64,000 nt of DNA from Nitrosopumilus sp. (GTDB lineage: Archaea; Thermoproteota; Nitrososphaeria; Nitrososphaerales; Nitrosopumilaceae). Shown here piece after piece: positions 20,450 to 30,151 of this stretch (position 1 is its first letter; each line of letters starts with the position of its first letter). The notes beneath the pieces were generated by a model. The model saw only the letters and a list, made by a program, of their open reading frames with translations. It was not told the origin of the DNA and made no database searches. Both the position numbers and the translations under genes were made by a program. The DNA is taken from positions 1,376,001-1,440,000 of the forward strand of contig CBDBLO010000002.1 in the NCBI GenBank assembly GCA_965207075.1. The letters are read 5' to 3'.

Positions 20450-21577
20450 ATGGGTGCAAGAAAGAGACACTCGCCGCGGCGCGGAAGCCTGGCATACTCG
20501 CCGCGCGCAAGGGCCAAGAGCATGGAGGCCCGCATAAGGGCGTGGCCCGAGGTTGACGAGGCACAGGAGCCCCGCATACTTGCGCACTGCGGCTTCAAGG
20601 CCGGCTGCGTGCAGATAGTGAGCATCGACGACAGGGAGAAGGTGCCCAACGCCGGCAAGCAGCTTGTGAGCCTGGGAACCGTCCTTGCGACCCCGCCGGT
20701 GCTGATACTGGGCATTCGCGGCTATGCAAGGGACGCCGCGCGCGGGTTGTACGCGGCATTCGACGTGTACGCGGAGGACATGCCGCGCGAGATGGCAAAG
20801 GTGATCAAGCTGAAGAACGGGGACGAGAACGCCCTCAAGAATGCAGAGGCGTCACTCGGCCGCATAAGCGAGCTGTACGCGATACTGGCAGTCTCGCCGA
20901 GGCAGGCGGGGCTGGAGCAGAAGAACCCGTACATATTTGAGGGCATGGTGGGCGGCGGCACCATCGCGCAGCAGTTTGAGTACTTGAGCGGGATGCTCGG
21001 CAAGCAGGTCAGCATATCGGACACGTTTGAGGCCGGCTCCAGCGTTGACGTGGCGGCCATCACAAAGGGCAAGGGATGGCAGGGCGTCCTGAAGCGGTGG
21101 AACGTAAAGAAGAAGCAGCACAAGTCAAGGAAGACCGTGCGCGAGGTCGGATCGCTTGGGCCCATATCGCCGCAGAGCGTCATGTATACTGTTCCGAGGG
21201 CCGGACAGTTCGGCTTCCACCAGAGGACCGAATACAACAAGAGGATAATGATAGTGGGCGACGCGACGGCAGAGGAGGAGCAGAGGCGGCAGGAGATGGA
21301 GGCGCAGTCCGCCGCCGCTGCCACGGGCTCGAAGAAGTCCGAGGGCGCAAAAAGGCGCAGAGGCGCCGGCTCCCAATCCGCGCAGCATCTGCAGCAGCAG
21401 AACAGGGGCATCAACCCGGCCGGGGGCTACAAACACTTTGGACTGGTAAAGGGCGAGTACGTAATCCTAAAGGGCTCGGTTCCCGGAACGTACAGGAGGC
21501 TTGTCAAGCTGCGAAGCCAGGTCAGAAACAAGCCCGCCAAGGTCTCAAAGCCGAACATACTGGAGGTCGTGGTATAG
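20450..21577 (+). CDS. rpl3: 50S ribosomal protein L3 (with ~50-aa insertion)
   Basis: PRRGSLAYSPR, ITKGKGWQG, RAGQFGFHQRTEYNK, KGSVPG. Confidence 0.97.
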   Translation: MGARKRHSPRRGSLAYSPRARAKSMEARIRAWPEVDEAQEPRILAHCGFKAGCVQIVSIDDREKVPNAGKQLVSLGTVLATPPVLILGIRGYARDAARGLYAAFDVYAEDMPREMAKVIKLKNGDENALKNAEASLGRISELYAILAVSPRQAGLEQKNPYIFEGMVGGGTIAQQFEYLSGMLGKQVSISDTFEAGSSVDVAAITKGKGWQGVLKRWNVKKKQHKSRKTVREVGSLGPISPQSVMYTVPRAGQFGFHQRTEYNKRIMIVGDATAEEEQRRQEMEAQSAAAATGSKKSEGAKRRRGAGSQSAQHLQQQNRGINPAGGYKHFGLVKGEYVILKGSVPGTYRRLVKLRSQVRNKPAKVSKPNILEVVV

Positions 21578-22587
21578 TGGCCCAGAACAGTACAGACGCG
21601 GCAGCTGCAGTAGTAGTCTCCGTGATCCCGGCCAGCGGCGAGGTGCCTGCCGCAGGCAGCGATAATGGTTCATCCGGCCACGCGCTGCCGCTGCCGCCGA
21701 TATTTCAGACGCCGTTCAGGCCCGACCTGATACACAAGGCGTTCGTGCACCTGTCCTCGCACTCCTTCCAGCCGCAGGGAAGGCACCCCACGGCGGGCAT
21801 GGACGTGGTGGCCGACACCAACGATCCGCCGACCGGGAGGGGCATTGCGCGCATTGCAAGGGCCCGCGGGGGCGGCGGGAGGCGCCGCGGCGAGGGCGCG
21901 GAGGTCGCGTCGACCAGGGGAGGAAGGCAGGCCCACCCGCCGGCTGCAGAAAAGGCCATCTACAAGAAACTCAACAAGAAGGAGGGCAGGCTGGCGTTCT
22001 GCTCCGCGGTCGCGGCTACGGCGTCCAGGAGGATTGTCGAGTCGAGGGGGCACAGGGTCGCCGGGTACGCGGACGGGATGAAGGGGGGATTTCCAATCGT
22101 AATAGAGGACGACATAGGGCAGCATGCAACGGCCCGCGAGGCGCTGGCGCTCGTCGAAAAGCTCGGGCTCGCCGACGACGTGGAGCGGCTCAGGGGCCGC
22201 AAGGCCCGCTCCGGGCGCCCCTCGCTCAGGGGCCGCTCGAAGAAGGTAGGCAAGAGCGTGCTGTTTGTGGTGGCCGGCGACGGCAACGTCCCGCTGAAGA
22301 GCGCCGTGGGGGCCCTTCCGGGGGTCGAGGCGCGCGGGGTCTCCGAGCTGAGCGTGCTTGACTTGGCGCCTGGCTCGGATCCGATAAGGCTCACGGTGTT
22401 TACGAGGTCCGCAGTAGAGCAGCTCGGGGGCATAAGATCCGCACATCTGGACGTGATGGGCATGATGCCGGGTGGCGGTAACACAAAGGGCAGGCGGTCG
22501 GATCAGCACCTGCAGGACGACATGCATACAGACGCCGGCGATGAGCCCGCAGGGGACGACGAACCGAGGGAGGCGGAACTGAAATGA
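21577..22587 (+). CDS. rpl4: 50S ribosomal protein L4 (terminal extensions)
   Basis: GTG 21577; LPPIF..PFRPDLI, QPQGRHPTAG, GGRQAHPP, DLAPG…RLTVFT. Confidence 0.95.
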   Translation: MAQNSTDAAAAVVVSVIPASGEVPAAGSDNGSSGHALPLPPIFQTPFRPDLIHKAFVHLSSHSFQPQGRHPTAGMDVVADTNDPPTGRGIARIARARGGGGRRRGEGAEVASTRGGRQAHPPAAEKAIYKKLNKKEGRLAFCSAVAATASRRIVESRGHRVAGYADGMKGGFPIVIEDDIGQHATAREALALVEKLGLADDVERLRGRKARSGRPSLRGRSKKVGKSVLFVVAGDGNVPLKSAVGALPGVEARGVSELSVLDLAPGSDPIRLTVFTRSAVEQLGGIRSAHLDVMGMMPGGGNTKGRRSDQHLQDDMHTDAGDEPAGDDEPREAELK

Positions 22588-22880
22588 GCAGCGGCAACGG
22601 CAAGGCAAGGGAGATGGACGCCGACACCGCCGCGCGCATCATGATCAGGCCCTACGTGACGGAACGCACCTTTGAGATGGTAGAGTCGGAGGCGAAGATC
22701 TGCTTTATCGTTAGCCGCACGGCGACAAAGCACGAGATTGCAGACGCCATAAAGGTGCTGTACGGAAAGACGGCGCGCGGCGTCAACACGGCCCGGACCA
22801 TATACGGCAAGAAGGCGTTCGTGCAGTTTGAGAGCGCGGAGATGGCAAGGGATCTTGCGACGGACATTGGAATGCTGTGA
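22584..22880 (+). CDS. rpl23: 50S ribosomal protein L23
   Basis: RPYVTERT, VNTART..GKKAFV, LATDIGML. Confidence 0.95.
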   Translation: MSSGNGKAREMDADTAARIMIRPYVTERTFEMVESEAKICFIVSRTATKHEIADAIKVLYGKTARGVNTARTIYGKKAFVQFESAEMARDLATDIGML

Positions 22881-23038
22881 GTGAGAGTGGCAGGGGTGAT
22901 GACGATGAGGAGGATGATAATGGGCGCGGCGGTGACGGCAATCACGCCCACGGCAGCGCCCACGGCAGCATCTGCGGCGCCACGCACGCCCGCCAAGGCG
23001 CCGTCGGCCCGCACCGCATGCCAGATGCGGGCAGATAA
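22877..23038 (+). CDS. Possible 53-aa low-complexity ORF in the rpl2 position
   Basis: GTGA overlap with the rpl23 stop; MSESGRGDDDEEDDNGRGGDGNHAHGSAHG... Confidence 0.25.
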   Translation: MSESGRGDDDEEDDNGRGGDGNHAHGSAHGSICGATHARQGAVGPHRMPDAGR

Positions 23039-23173
23039 TAATTTCATCACATATAATAACCGCCTGCCACGCACGGCCCGCATAATGACTGCAGGCGCAT
23101 CACGCATGACGGACGCCGCGGCAGCCGACGCGGCCGCCATCCGATACCGGCAAACCAGAGGGGTGCCATGCAG

Positions 23174-23569
23174 ATGGTAAAAGAGTTCAACTATCGCGGA
23201 ATACCGCTTGCCGAACTGGAGTCGCTGTCGCTTGAGAGGGTATTCTCGCTGCTGAACTCCAGGCAGCGGCGCTCGCTTACCAGGGGCATAACCGACTCAA
23301 AACGCAAGCTCATAGAGGAGATAAAGGCGGCCAAGGCGGGAACCCTCACGAATCCCATAAAGACGCACCTGCGCGATCTCATCATCCTGCCCAGCATGAT
23401 GGGCGTGACGGTAAACGTGTTTTCTGGCAAGGAGTTTGCGCCCGTCCTGCTGAGGCCGGAGATGATCGGCCACTACCTGGGCGAGTACGTGATTACTAAC
23501 AAAAAGGTCTCCCACGGCGCGCCGGGCGTCGGGGCCTCGAGGTCAAGCCTCTATGTCCCGCTGAAGTGA
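23174..23569 (+). CDS. rps19: 30S ribosomal protein S19
   Basis: MVKEFNYRG, IKTHLRD, PEMIGHYLGE, GVGASRSS..VPLK. Confidence 0.96.
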   Translation: MVKEFNYRGIPLAELESLSLERVFSLLNSRQRRSLTRGITDSKRKLIEEIKAAKAGTLTNPIKTHLRDLIILPSMMGVTVNVFSGKEFAPVLLRPEMIGHYLGEYVITNKKVSHGAPGVGASRSSLYVPLK

Positions 23570-23574
23570 TTGTT

Positions 23575-24033
23575 ATGACACGGTACGGATATGCGTTTCA
23601 GGGATTCGACTCCACGCAGCACGTCCGCGCCTCGGTACGTGATAAGGACATGTCGCACAAGCACGCCCGCGAGGTCGCAAAGGCCATATCGGGGCTCAGC
23701 CTGGAGAAGGCGCGCGACTATCTTACCGCCGTGACAAACAAGGAGAGGGCCGTGCCGTTTGGAAGGTACAAGGGCCAGGTCGGCCACCGCTCGGATCCCG
23801 GCATGATGGCGGGCCGCTACCCCCAGAAGACCGCGCACGAGTTCATAAGGGCGCTTGACAACCTGGAGGCGAACGCCGGATACCAGGGCTTCGACGTGGA
23901 CAGGCTGAAGATAGTCAACGCGACCGTCCACAAGGGCGTCGTGATAAAGCGCATCATACCCAGGGCGCAGGGAAGGGCGACCCCGAAGAACAACGTAATG
24001 ACGCACCTGGAGTTGGTGGCAAGGGAGGTATGA
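23575..24033 (+). CDS. rpl22: 50S ribosomal protein L22
   Basis: [24 protein letters not shown]. Confidence 0.96.
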   Translation: MTRYGYAFQGFDSTQHVRASVRDKDMSHKHAREVAKAISGLSLEKARDYLTAVTNKERAVPFGRYKGQVGHRSDPGMMAGRYPQKTAHEFIRALDNLEANAGYQGFDVDRLKIVNATVHKGVVIKRIIPRAQGRATPKNNVMTHLELVAREV

Positions 24034-24034
24034 G

Positions 24035-24847
24035 ATGTCCGCCGTAAAGAACGTCATAAAGGACAACTACAACATGATGCTCCTGCACGACTACCTCAAG
24101 CAGGCAATAAAGGAGGCCGGCTTCTCGCACGCAGAGATATCAAAGACGCCCACGGGCACGCGCATCGCGCTGCACGTGACGCGCCCGGGCATCGTGATCG
24201 GACGCAAGGGGACGGGCATACGCGAGCTGACGGAGCGCCTCGAGCACAACTTTGGCCTGAAGAACCCACAGGTCTCAGTCACCGAGATCGAGGTGCCCGA
24301 GCTCTCGCCAAGCGTGATGTGCAACAGGATGGCCGCGCACTTGGAGCGCGGGACCGCGTTCAGGAGGGCCACCATGTGGACGCTCAACCAGGTCATGGAG
24401 AACGGGGCCATGGGGGTCCAGATTACGGTCTCCGGCAAGCTGCGGGGCGACCGCTCGGCCTTTGAAAAGCATACCGCCGGCGTCTTGCCGCGCGCAGGGC
24501 ACCATGCGGAGGTCATAGTCGACGAGGACGTAGCCCACGTCAACACACCGATGGGGCTCATCGGCGTCCGGATAAGGATAGCGCACAAGGAGCGGAGGCC
24601 TCCGGAGTTCGAGATGAGATCGGCAGAAGACCTTGCCAAGGCCAAAAAGATTGCAAGGGAGGAGGCCGGAGGCGACGATGGTGACGGCGGTAATGATGGT
24701 GACGGCGATGCCGTGGACGGGGGTACGAAGGATGCCGACGCGCCAGGTGACGGCAGCCCGGCCACAGAGTCCGAGCACATCAAGATAGAGGGGGAGCGCA
24801 TAAAGGAACTCGACACCATGGAAGAAGAGGAGGCCGCAATGAGATGA
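24035..24847 (+). CDS. rps3: 30S ribosomal protein S3 (acidic C-tail)
   Basis: [12 protein letters not shown] domain, AFRRA, SGKLRG.R. Confidence 0.96.
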   Translation: MSAVKNVIKDNYNMMLLHDYLKQAIKEAGFSHAEISKTPTGTRIALHVTRPGIVIGRKGTGIRELTERLEHNFGLKNPQVSVTEIEVPELSPSVMCNRMAAHLERGTAFRRATMWTLNQVMENGAMGVQITVSGKLRGDRSAFEKHTAGVLPRAGHHAEVIVDEDVAHVNTPMGLIGVRIRIAHKERRPPEFEMRSAEDLAKAKKIAREEAGGDDGDGGNDGDGDAVDGGTKDADAPGDGSPATESEHIKIEGERIKELDTMEEEEAAMR

Positions 24848-25086
24848 GAAGGAGAAGCATGGCAGTGATACGGGAATACGACAGGAAGGAGCTGGAGGGA
24901 AAGATACGCGAATCCAGAGGAGAGCTTGCAAAGCTGAGGGTCGTTGCAACAAAGGGCACGCTGAAAAAGGACAGCGGCAGGCTGAGGCCCATACGCCGCG
25001 ACATCGCCCGCATGGAGACCCGCCTCAGCGAGATCAAGATGGAAGAGTACGCGCAGTCGCTTGAGGCCGGCGGAGGCGGTGACTAG
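24844..25086 (+). CDS. rpl29: 50S ribosomal protein L29
   Basis: ELAKLR...RRDIARMET; follows rps3. Confidence 0.92.
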   Translation: MRRRSMAVIREYDRKELEGKIRESRGELAKLRVVATKGTLKKDSGRLRPIRRDIARMETRLSEIKMEEYAQSLEAGGGGD

Positions 25087-25481
25087 TGACCGTAACGCCC
25101 ACGCCGGTTCTGGCCGCCAAGGATGCGGCGCCACGCGCAACCATGTCTGCCGAAGACGTGCCGTCCCACGAGATTGTCGGGCTGGACGTCAGGGTACTCG
25201 GGGCGCCGAACCGGTCGCTGGTCGGCCTGAGCGGCAGAATCCAGTACGAGACAAAGTCGATGATTGCAATTATGGAGGAGGAGGAGGACCCGCGCGCGCA
25301 TGCCGGGGATCGCGCCGGCCGCCAACCGCCGCGCCACAACAAGGGGCCGCTCTGCCGCGACGCGTCAAAAAGCATCCCAAAGGGGGGGGCCGTCCTAGAG
25401 TTCTCACAGAATGGCGAGCTCATAGGCACGGCGAGCGGAGACGCCATGATAAAAAGGCCGTTTGAGAGGACGGCGGCATAG
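25086..25481 (+). CDS. rnp1: RNase P protein component 1 (Rpp29/Pop4) with insertion
   Basis: HEIVGLDVRV…N.SLVGLSGRI..ETKSM…IPK…KRPFER; syntenic position. Confidence 0.85.
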   Translation: MTVTPTPVLAAKDAAPRATMSAEDVPSHEIVGLDVRVLGAPNRSLVGLSGRIQYETKSMIAIMEEEEDPRAHAGDRAGRQPPRHNKGPLCRDASKSIPKGGAVLEFSQNGELIGTASGDAMIKRPFERTAA

Positions 25482-25499
25482 GAGGAGGATGGTGTCAGG

Positions 25500-25865
25500 A
25501 TGTCAGAAAAGGACCAGAGCAGCAGTGCGGGGCGCGACAGCGCCAGGAACATCGGGGTAGGCGCAGGACGCGCGCCGGGGCAGCCGTGCGACGACAGGAA
25601 CTGTCCGTACCACGGGGGGTTGTCAGTCAGAGGAAAGCTCTTTGACGGGCGCGTGACGGGCGCAAGGGCGAGGCAGACGGCCACGCTCCAAAAGGACGTC
25701 CCGGTATACTTTGCAAAGTTCAAGAGATACGCGAGGGGCAAGAGCACCATACACGCGCACGTCCCGGGATGCATCAAGGTGCAGAACGGCGACAGCGTCC
25801 TTGCAGCAGAGTGCAGGCCGATCTCAAAGTCGGTCTCGTACGTGGTGGTGGAGGTGCGCAAGTAA
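25500..25865 (+). CDS. rps17: 30S ribosomal protein S17
   Basis: CDDRNCPYHGGLSVRG, KFKRY, ECRPISK. Confidence 0.96.
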   Translation: MSEKDQSSSAGRDSARNIGVGAGRAPGQPCDDRNCPYHGGLSVRGKLFDGRVTGARARQTATLQKDVPVYFAKFKRYARGKSTIHAHVPGCIKVQNGDSVLAAECRPISKSVSYVVVEVRK

Positions 25866-26287
25866 TGGCAAAGCAGGCCGGCAAGGGGGTGGAGGAGTTC
25901 CGCCCATACGTGACAAGGTCAATACCGGTGGGCGCCAACATAGTATGCGCCGACAACTCGGGCGCAAAGATACTGGAGGTGATAAACGTGCCGCGGCACA
26001 AGACGCGCGCATCCCGGCTTCCCGCCGCCGCGGTAGGGGACTTTTGCAACGTGGTGGTCAAGAAAGGACCCGCCGAGCTACGCAAGCAGGTGTACGGGGC
26101 CGTGATAGTGCGTCAAAAATACGCGGTCCGCAGGCTCAACGGCGTCAGGGTCTGCTTTGAGGACAACGCCGCGGTGCTGATCACGCCGGAAGGCGAGACG
26201 AAGGGCACCGACATAAAGGGCCCCGTCGCGGCCGAAGCCTCTGAAAAGTGGCCCAGGGTGGCCAACCTAGCGTCGATGGTGGTGTAA
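25865..26287 (+). CDS. rpl14: 50S ribosomal protein L14
   Basis: CADNSGAK, FEDNAAV, KGPVA; ATG 25865. Confidence 0.97.
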   Translation: MAKQAGKGVEEFRPYVTRSIPVGANIVCADNSGAKILEVINVPRHKTRASRLPAAAVGDFCNVVVKKGPAELRKQVYGAVIVRQKYAVRRLNGVRVCFEDNAAVLITPEGETKGTDIKGPVAAEASEKWPRVANLASMVV

Positions 26288-27031
26288 ATGGTAAAGCCAA
26301 CGAAGATGAGAAACAGGCAGATATACAGGGCGTCCCAGGCCCTGCGAAGCAAGCAGGTGTCTGCAAACCTCTCAAAGGGACTCCGCTCAAAGTACAGCAG
26401 GCGCAGCATCAGGGTCGTGGAGGGCGACACGGTAATGATAAAGCGCGGCGAGTACGCAGACGTGCCCGGCAAGGTGGAAAAGATCGACGTCGAGTCGGGG
26501 CGCATCTCAGTTGCGGGAGTCAAAAAGGAAAAGGCAAAGGGGGACAAGTTTGACGTTATGATACACGCGTCCAACGTCCTTGTGACCGGGTTGAACCTGA
26601 GTGACCAGAGGCGCCGTGACAAGATCGGGGCAACCGGCGAGTATGAGACGGACGAGACCGTGGACGGCCCCGAGGCCAGCGCTGCTGCCACTGCCGCCAC
26701 AGATGACGCTGCGGCCACGGACGGCGAGCGCCTCCAAGCAGGAACGCCAGAGGGCGTCGAGACGGGCGCAGAGCCCCCGGACGGCGCGGAGGCCACCCCG
26801 GATGAGACTGGCGGGGACAGGGAGGCAGTTGACAGCCAAGACGGCGACCGGGATGTGGACAGTGATGCCGATGCGGGCGGTGACACTGGCAGCGGCAAGG
26901 ATGGCGATGTGGAGGATAACGAAGACAACGATGCCGTCGATGACATGGGCGGCGACCACGGCAGGAGCCAAGGCAACGGCGACGGGCAAGCAGATAAAAC
27001 CAAGCAGAATCGCCCGGGAGATGAGGCATAA
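26288..27031 (+). CDS. rpl24: 50S ribosomal protein L24 with ~130-aa acidic tail
   Basis: LRSKY.RRSIRV..GDTV, IHASNV. Confidence 0.95.
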   Translation: MVKPTKMRNRQIYRASQALRSKQVSANLSKGLRSKYSRRSIRVVEGDTVMIKRGEYADVPGKVEKIDVESGRISVAGVKKEKAKGDKFDVMIHASNVLVTGLNLSDQRRRDKIGATGEYETDETVDGPEASAAATAATDDAAATDGERLQAGTPEGVETGAEPPDGAEATPDETGGDREAVDSQDGDRDVDSDADAGGDTGSGKDGDVEDNEDNDAVDDMGGDHGRSQGNGDGQADKTKQNRPGDEA

Positions 27032-27750
27032 TGGTGAGCATATCCGGAAGCAAAAAGCTAAAGCGGCAGATGGCCCCGCTGTTTTGGGGAATCACTCGCA
27101 AGGACAAGAGGTTTGTAGTCACCACGAGGCCCGGACCCCACGGCAGGCACGTGGCGGTTCCCACGGCGGTCTTTCTGCGCGACATGCTCAAAATAGTCAC
27201 CAGCCTGCGCGAGGCAAAGTCCACCATATACGCCGGCAAGGTAAGGGTCGACGGCGTGGTCAGAAAGTCGCTGCACCACCCCATCGGGCTGATGGACGTG
27301 GTGGAGCTTGACGGCATGCCAGACGCGTACAGGATGGTGCCAACCGACGGACGGCTGCTTGCGCCAATCGTGATTACAGACGGGGGGGAAACCTCCAAGA
27401 AGCTTGCAAGGGTGAAGAGCAAGACTACGATCTCCGGCGGCCGCACCCAGGTAGGGTTCCACGACGGCCGCTCCCTCATTACAGATACCGAGCTCAGCGT
27501 GGGCGACGCGTGCCTGCTGCAGGTACCGGAGCAGAAGATACTCGAGGTTCTGAGGCTTGAGGAGGGCTGCCAGGCTCTGGTGACCAGGGGGATAAACGCG
27601 GGCCGCACGGGCACAATCGAGGCGATAGAGCCCGGCACGTTCATACTGCCAAAGAGGGTGCTGCTTGCCCTAGAGGAGCGCAAGATCGAGATCCCCGCGG
27701 ACATAATAATGCCCATAGGACGGGACAAGCCCGTTATTGCGATAAGGTGA
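27031..27750 (+). CDS. rps4e: 30S ribosomal protein S4e
   Basis: KLKRQMAP, PGPHG, VDGVVR…PIGLMDV. Confidence 0.96.
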   Translation: MVSISGSKKLKRQMAPLFWGITRKDKRFVVTTRPGPHGRHVAVPTAVFLRDMLKIVTSLREAKSTIYAGKVRVDGVVRKSLHHPIGLMDVVELDGMPDAYRMVPTDGRLLAPIVITDGGETSKKLARVKSKTTISGGRTQVGFHDGRSLITDTELSVGDACLLQVPEQKILEVLRLEEGCQALVTRGINAGRTGTIEAIEPGTFILPKRVLLALEERKIEIPADIIMPIGRDKPVIAIR

Positions 27751-27754
27751 TGAC

Positions 27755-28363
27755 ATGATGTCGGTCCAACAGGCAGAGACGATAGAGGGGGAACAAGACC
27801 GCGAACTGCCTGCCGGTGATGGTAGTGGTGCTACTGCTACCACCCCCGCGCCAATGAACCCGATGAGGCGCGTATACCTTGAAAAGGTCGTACTCAACAT
27901 GGGCATGGGCCGCTCCGGGGACGCCATCAACATTGCAAAAAAGGCGCTCGAGCAGATCACCGGGGGGCGCAAGCCCTGCCAGCGCGACGCGAGGGGCAGC
28001 CAGCGCGATTGGGGCATCCGCAAGGGTGAGCCCATAGGCGTCTCCATCACGGTCCGCGGCGAGGAGGCAAGGGCGCTGCTCAAGAGGCTGCTGGAGGCAA
28101 AGGGCAACACGGTGAACGGGCGCTCCTTTGACAACTTTGGAAACTACTCTTTTGGGATAGGGGAGCACATCGACATTCCGGGCGTAAAGTACGAGCCGCA
28201 GATAGGCATACTCGGGCTCGGCGTCTCAGTCGCCCTCGCCCGCCCCGGATACTCCATACGCAAGCGCAGCAAGCACAAGGCGAGCGTCGGGCGCGCCCAT
28301 GCAATCACGAGCGCAGAGGCGCAGGAGTTTGTGGCATCCGAGTTCGGAGTGCAGGTGGTGTAG
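27755..28363 (+). CDS. rpl5: 50S ribosomal protein L5 (N-terminal extension)
   Basis: MNPMRRV.LEKVVLN, GIRKGEPIG, FDNFGN.SFGI.EHID. Confidence 0.96.
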   Translation: MMSVQQAETIEGEQDRELPAGDGSGATATTPAPMNPMRRVYLEKVVLNMGMGRSGDAINIAKKALEQITGGRKPCQRDARGSQRDWGIRKGEPIGVSITVRGEEARALLKRLLEAKGNTVNGRSFDNFGNYSFGIGEHIDIPGVKYEPQIGILGLGVSVALARPGYSIRKRSKHKASVGRAHAITSAEAQEFVASEFGVQVV

Positions 28364-28368
28364 CAGCA

Positions 28369-28548
28369 ATGGCAAAGGACCGTTCATACGAGTTTACCGG
28401 GAGAAAAAAGCACGACTTTGGGCGCGGCTCAAGGTGGTGCAAGCGGTGCGGCGACTATACGGCAGTGATTCAAAAGTACAACCTCATGATATGCCGGCGG
28501 TGCTTTAGGGAGGTTGCACCCTCCCTGGGATTCAGGAAGAACAGGTGA
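28369..28548 (+). CDS. rps14: 30S ribosomal protein S14 (zinc type)
   Basis: Manual translation MAKDRSYEFTGRKKHDFGRGSRWCKRCGD…KYNLMICRRCFREVA..LGFRK; 59 aa, missed by the ORF track. Confidence 0.95.
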   Translation: MAKDRSYEFTGRKKHDFGRGSRWCKRCGDYTAVIQKYNLMICRRCFREVAPSLGFRKNR

Positions 28549-28553
28549 GACGG

Positions 28554-28946
28554 ATGCCGGCAACCAACATACTCGCAAACCTGTTTGTCACTCTGTACAA
28601 CAACGAGGCGCGCCGCAAGCGCGAGTGCACCATACTGCCCACCTCGAACCTGGCCGTCGAGGTGCTAAAGACGCTGGAGCGCGAAGAGTACATAGGCGGC
28701 TTCGAGCACGTGGACGACAGGCGGGGCGGCAAGTTCAAGATCACGCTGCTTGCAAAGATAAACAAGTGCGGCGCAATCTCGCCTAGGTTCAAGGTGCGCA
28801 ACGACGAGTTCGGAAGGTGGGAGCAGCAGTACCTGCCGGCGTACGACAGGGGCATGCTGCTTGTCACTACAAACCAGGGCGTCATGTCGCACCGCGAGGC
28901 GCTGCAGAAGGGAATAGGGGGGTTTCTGATCGGATATGTATACTAG
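28554..28946 (+). CDS. rps8: 30S ribosomal protein S8
   Basis: INKCGAISPRF, YLPA, TTNQGVMSH, GGFLIGYVY. Confidence 0.96.
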   Translation: MPATNILANLFVTLYNNEARRKRECTILPTSNLAVEVLKTLEREEYIGGFEHVDDRRGGKFKITLLAKINKCGAISPRFKVRNDEFGRWEQQYLPAYDRGMLLVTTNQGVMSHREALQKGIGGFLIGYVY

Positions 28947-29496
28947 GCCCGAAAAGATGCAGGACGTGGTGGAGGTCCCCGACGGCGTCACGGTCACAAA
29001 GAAAAAGCACATGCTCGGATTCGAGGGCCCGCTGGGCAAGACGTTCCAGAGCTTTAGGAGCATACCCGTCGGGATAGAGGTGGCCGACGGCCGCATAACC
29101 CTGAAGGCGGCGGGCCCGCGCAAGCGGGACTACGCGATACTGCACACGGCGCGCTCCATCATAAGGAACATCTGCGAGGGGCTTGTCAGCGGGTACACCA
29201 TAAAGATGAAGGTGGTGTTCGCCCACTTTCCGATTACTGTAAAGGCCGAGGGCGGCGAGGTCATAATAGAGAACTTCCAGGGCGAGCGCGCCGCGCGCCG
29301 CACCAGGATAGTGGGCCCCACCACGAAGGTGGTGTCAAAGGGCGACGACGTCGTAATAACCGGCGCCGTGTGGACCGACGTGACGCAGACTGCCGCGAAC
29401 ATAGAGCTCGCCACCAGGGTAAAGGGCAAGGACCACCGCGTCTTCCTTGACGGGATATACGCGTATGAAAAGTCAAAGGGCATTACCGAAAAGTAG
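28936..29496 (+). CDS. rpl6: 50S ribosomal protein L6
   Basis: AHFPITV, NFQGER, QTAANIE, D.RVFLDGIY. Confidence 0.96.
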   Translation: MYTRPEKMQDVVEVPDGVTVTKKKHMLGFEGPLGKTFQSFRSIPVGIEVADGRITLKAAGPRKRDYAILHTARSIIRNICEGLVSGYTIKMKVVFAHFPITVKAEGGEVIIENFQGERAARRTRIVGPTTKVVSKGDDVVITGAVWTDVTQTAANIELATRVKGKDHRVFLDGIYAYEKSKGITEK

Positions 29497-29520
29497 CCGG
29501 ATGGGCATGGCGGTGCGCGT

Positions 29521-29826
29521 ATGGCCGAAAAGGACGGCGGCGGACTAGCCCCCGAGTTTGCAGACTGGCTTGACGGCTACGTTGGACAGATGTTGGACAT
29601 CCACAGAATGGCGCGGCCCGCACCCAGGACCGCCGACGTGTGGGGGTGCCAAAACGTGGGGGACTTTATGTGCGGCTTTTTTGTAGGGGAGATGATCGGC
29701 GCGGCCACATCCGCGCTGCAGTCGCGGTACGGACGGGAACCCACCGCGCAGGAGCATGCCGAGATTGCCGGTATCGTGGAGAAGCGCTCCGATTCCATAC
29801 GCGACGCGTTTTTGAGGTTCAATTGA
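29521..29826 (+). CDS. Hypothetical protein
   Basis: Compact ORF directly after rpl6 (DFMCGFFVG…YGREPT..EH.EI). Confidence 0.6.
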   Translation: MAEKDGGGLAPEFADWLDGYVGQMLDIHRMARPAPRTADVWGCQNVGDFMCGFFVGEMIGAATSALQSRYGREPTAQEHAEIAGIVEKRSDSIRDAFLRFN

Positions 29827-29973
29827 CCCCGCGAAGTGTCGACAGGGCAGCGGCACCGAAGCCGGGCTCTTGCGAATCCGGGATCTGCCAAACGACAGAA
29901 CCACATCATTGCGCATGCGTTATGACAATATGTCTTGGCACATAACTATGACGCTTGATATGTGTGCCAATAT

Positions 29974-30043
29974 TAATAATAATTGGGTTTGTCACAGGGG
30001 CCAGTTTTAATAATAATTGGGTTTGTCACAGGGCCGGTTTTAA
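29974..30043. repeat. Tandem ~34-bp direct repeat, 2 copies
   Basis: TAATAATAATTGGGTTTGTCACAGGG(G)CC(A/G)GTTTTAA twice, upstream of the Cache gene. Confidence 0.8.
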
Positions 30044-30151
30044 GAACGGCGTCTACCAGATATACCGATACATCATCTCCCGAATTTGCAAGAGCGCGAA
30101 ACCGACGCATTTATTTGTACACCCATGCCCCCACTTTCATAAGAGACGAGT

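Noticed and set aside
20450-29496. Absence of rpl2 and end of the cluster after rpl6
   Set aside because: To my knowledge a split ribosomal cluster is normal in Nitrosopumilaceae, so this is not evidence of gene loss.
29974-30043. Possible mini-CRISPR
   Set aside because: Two abutting copies with no spacer and no cas genes.
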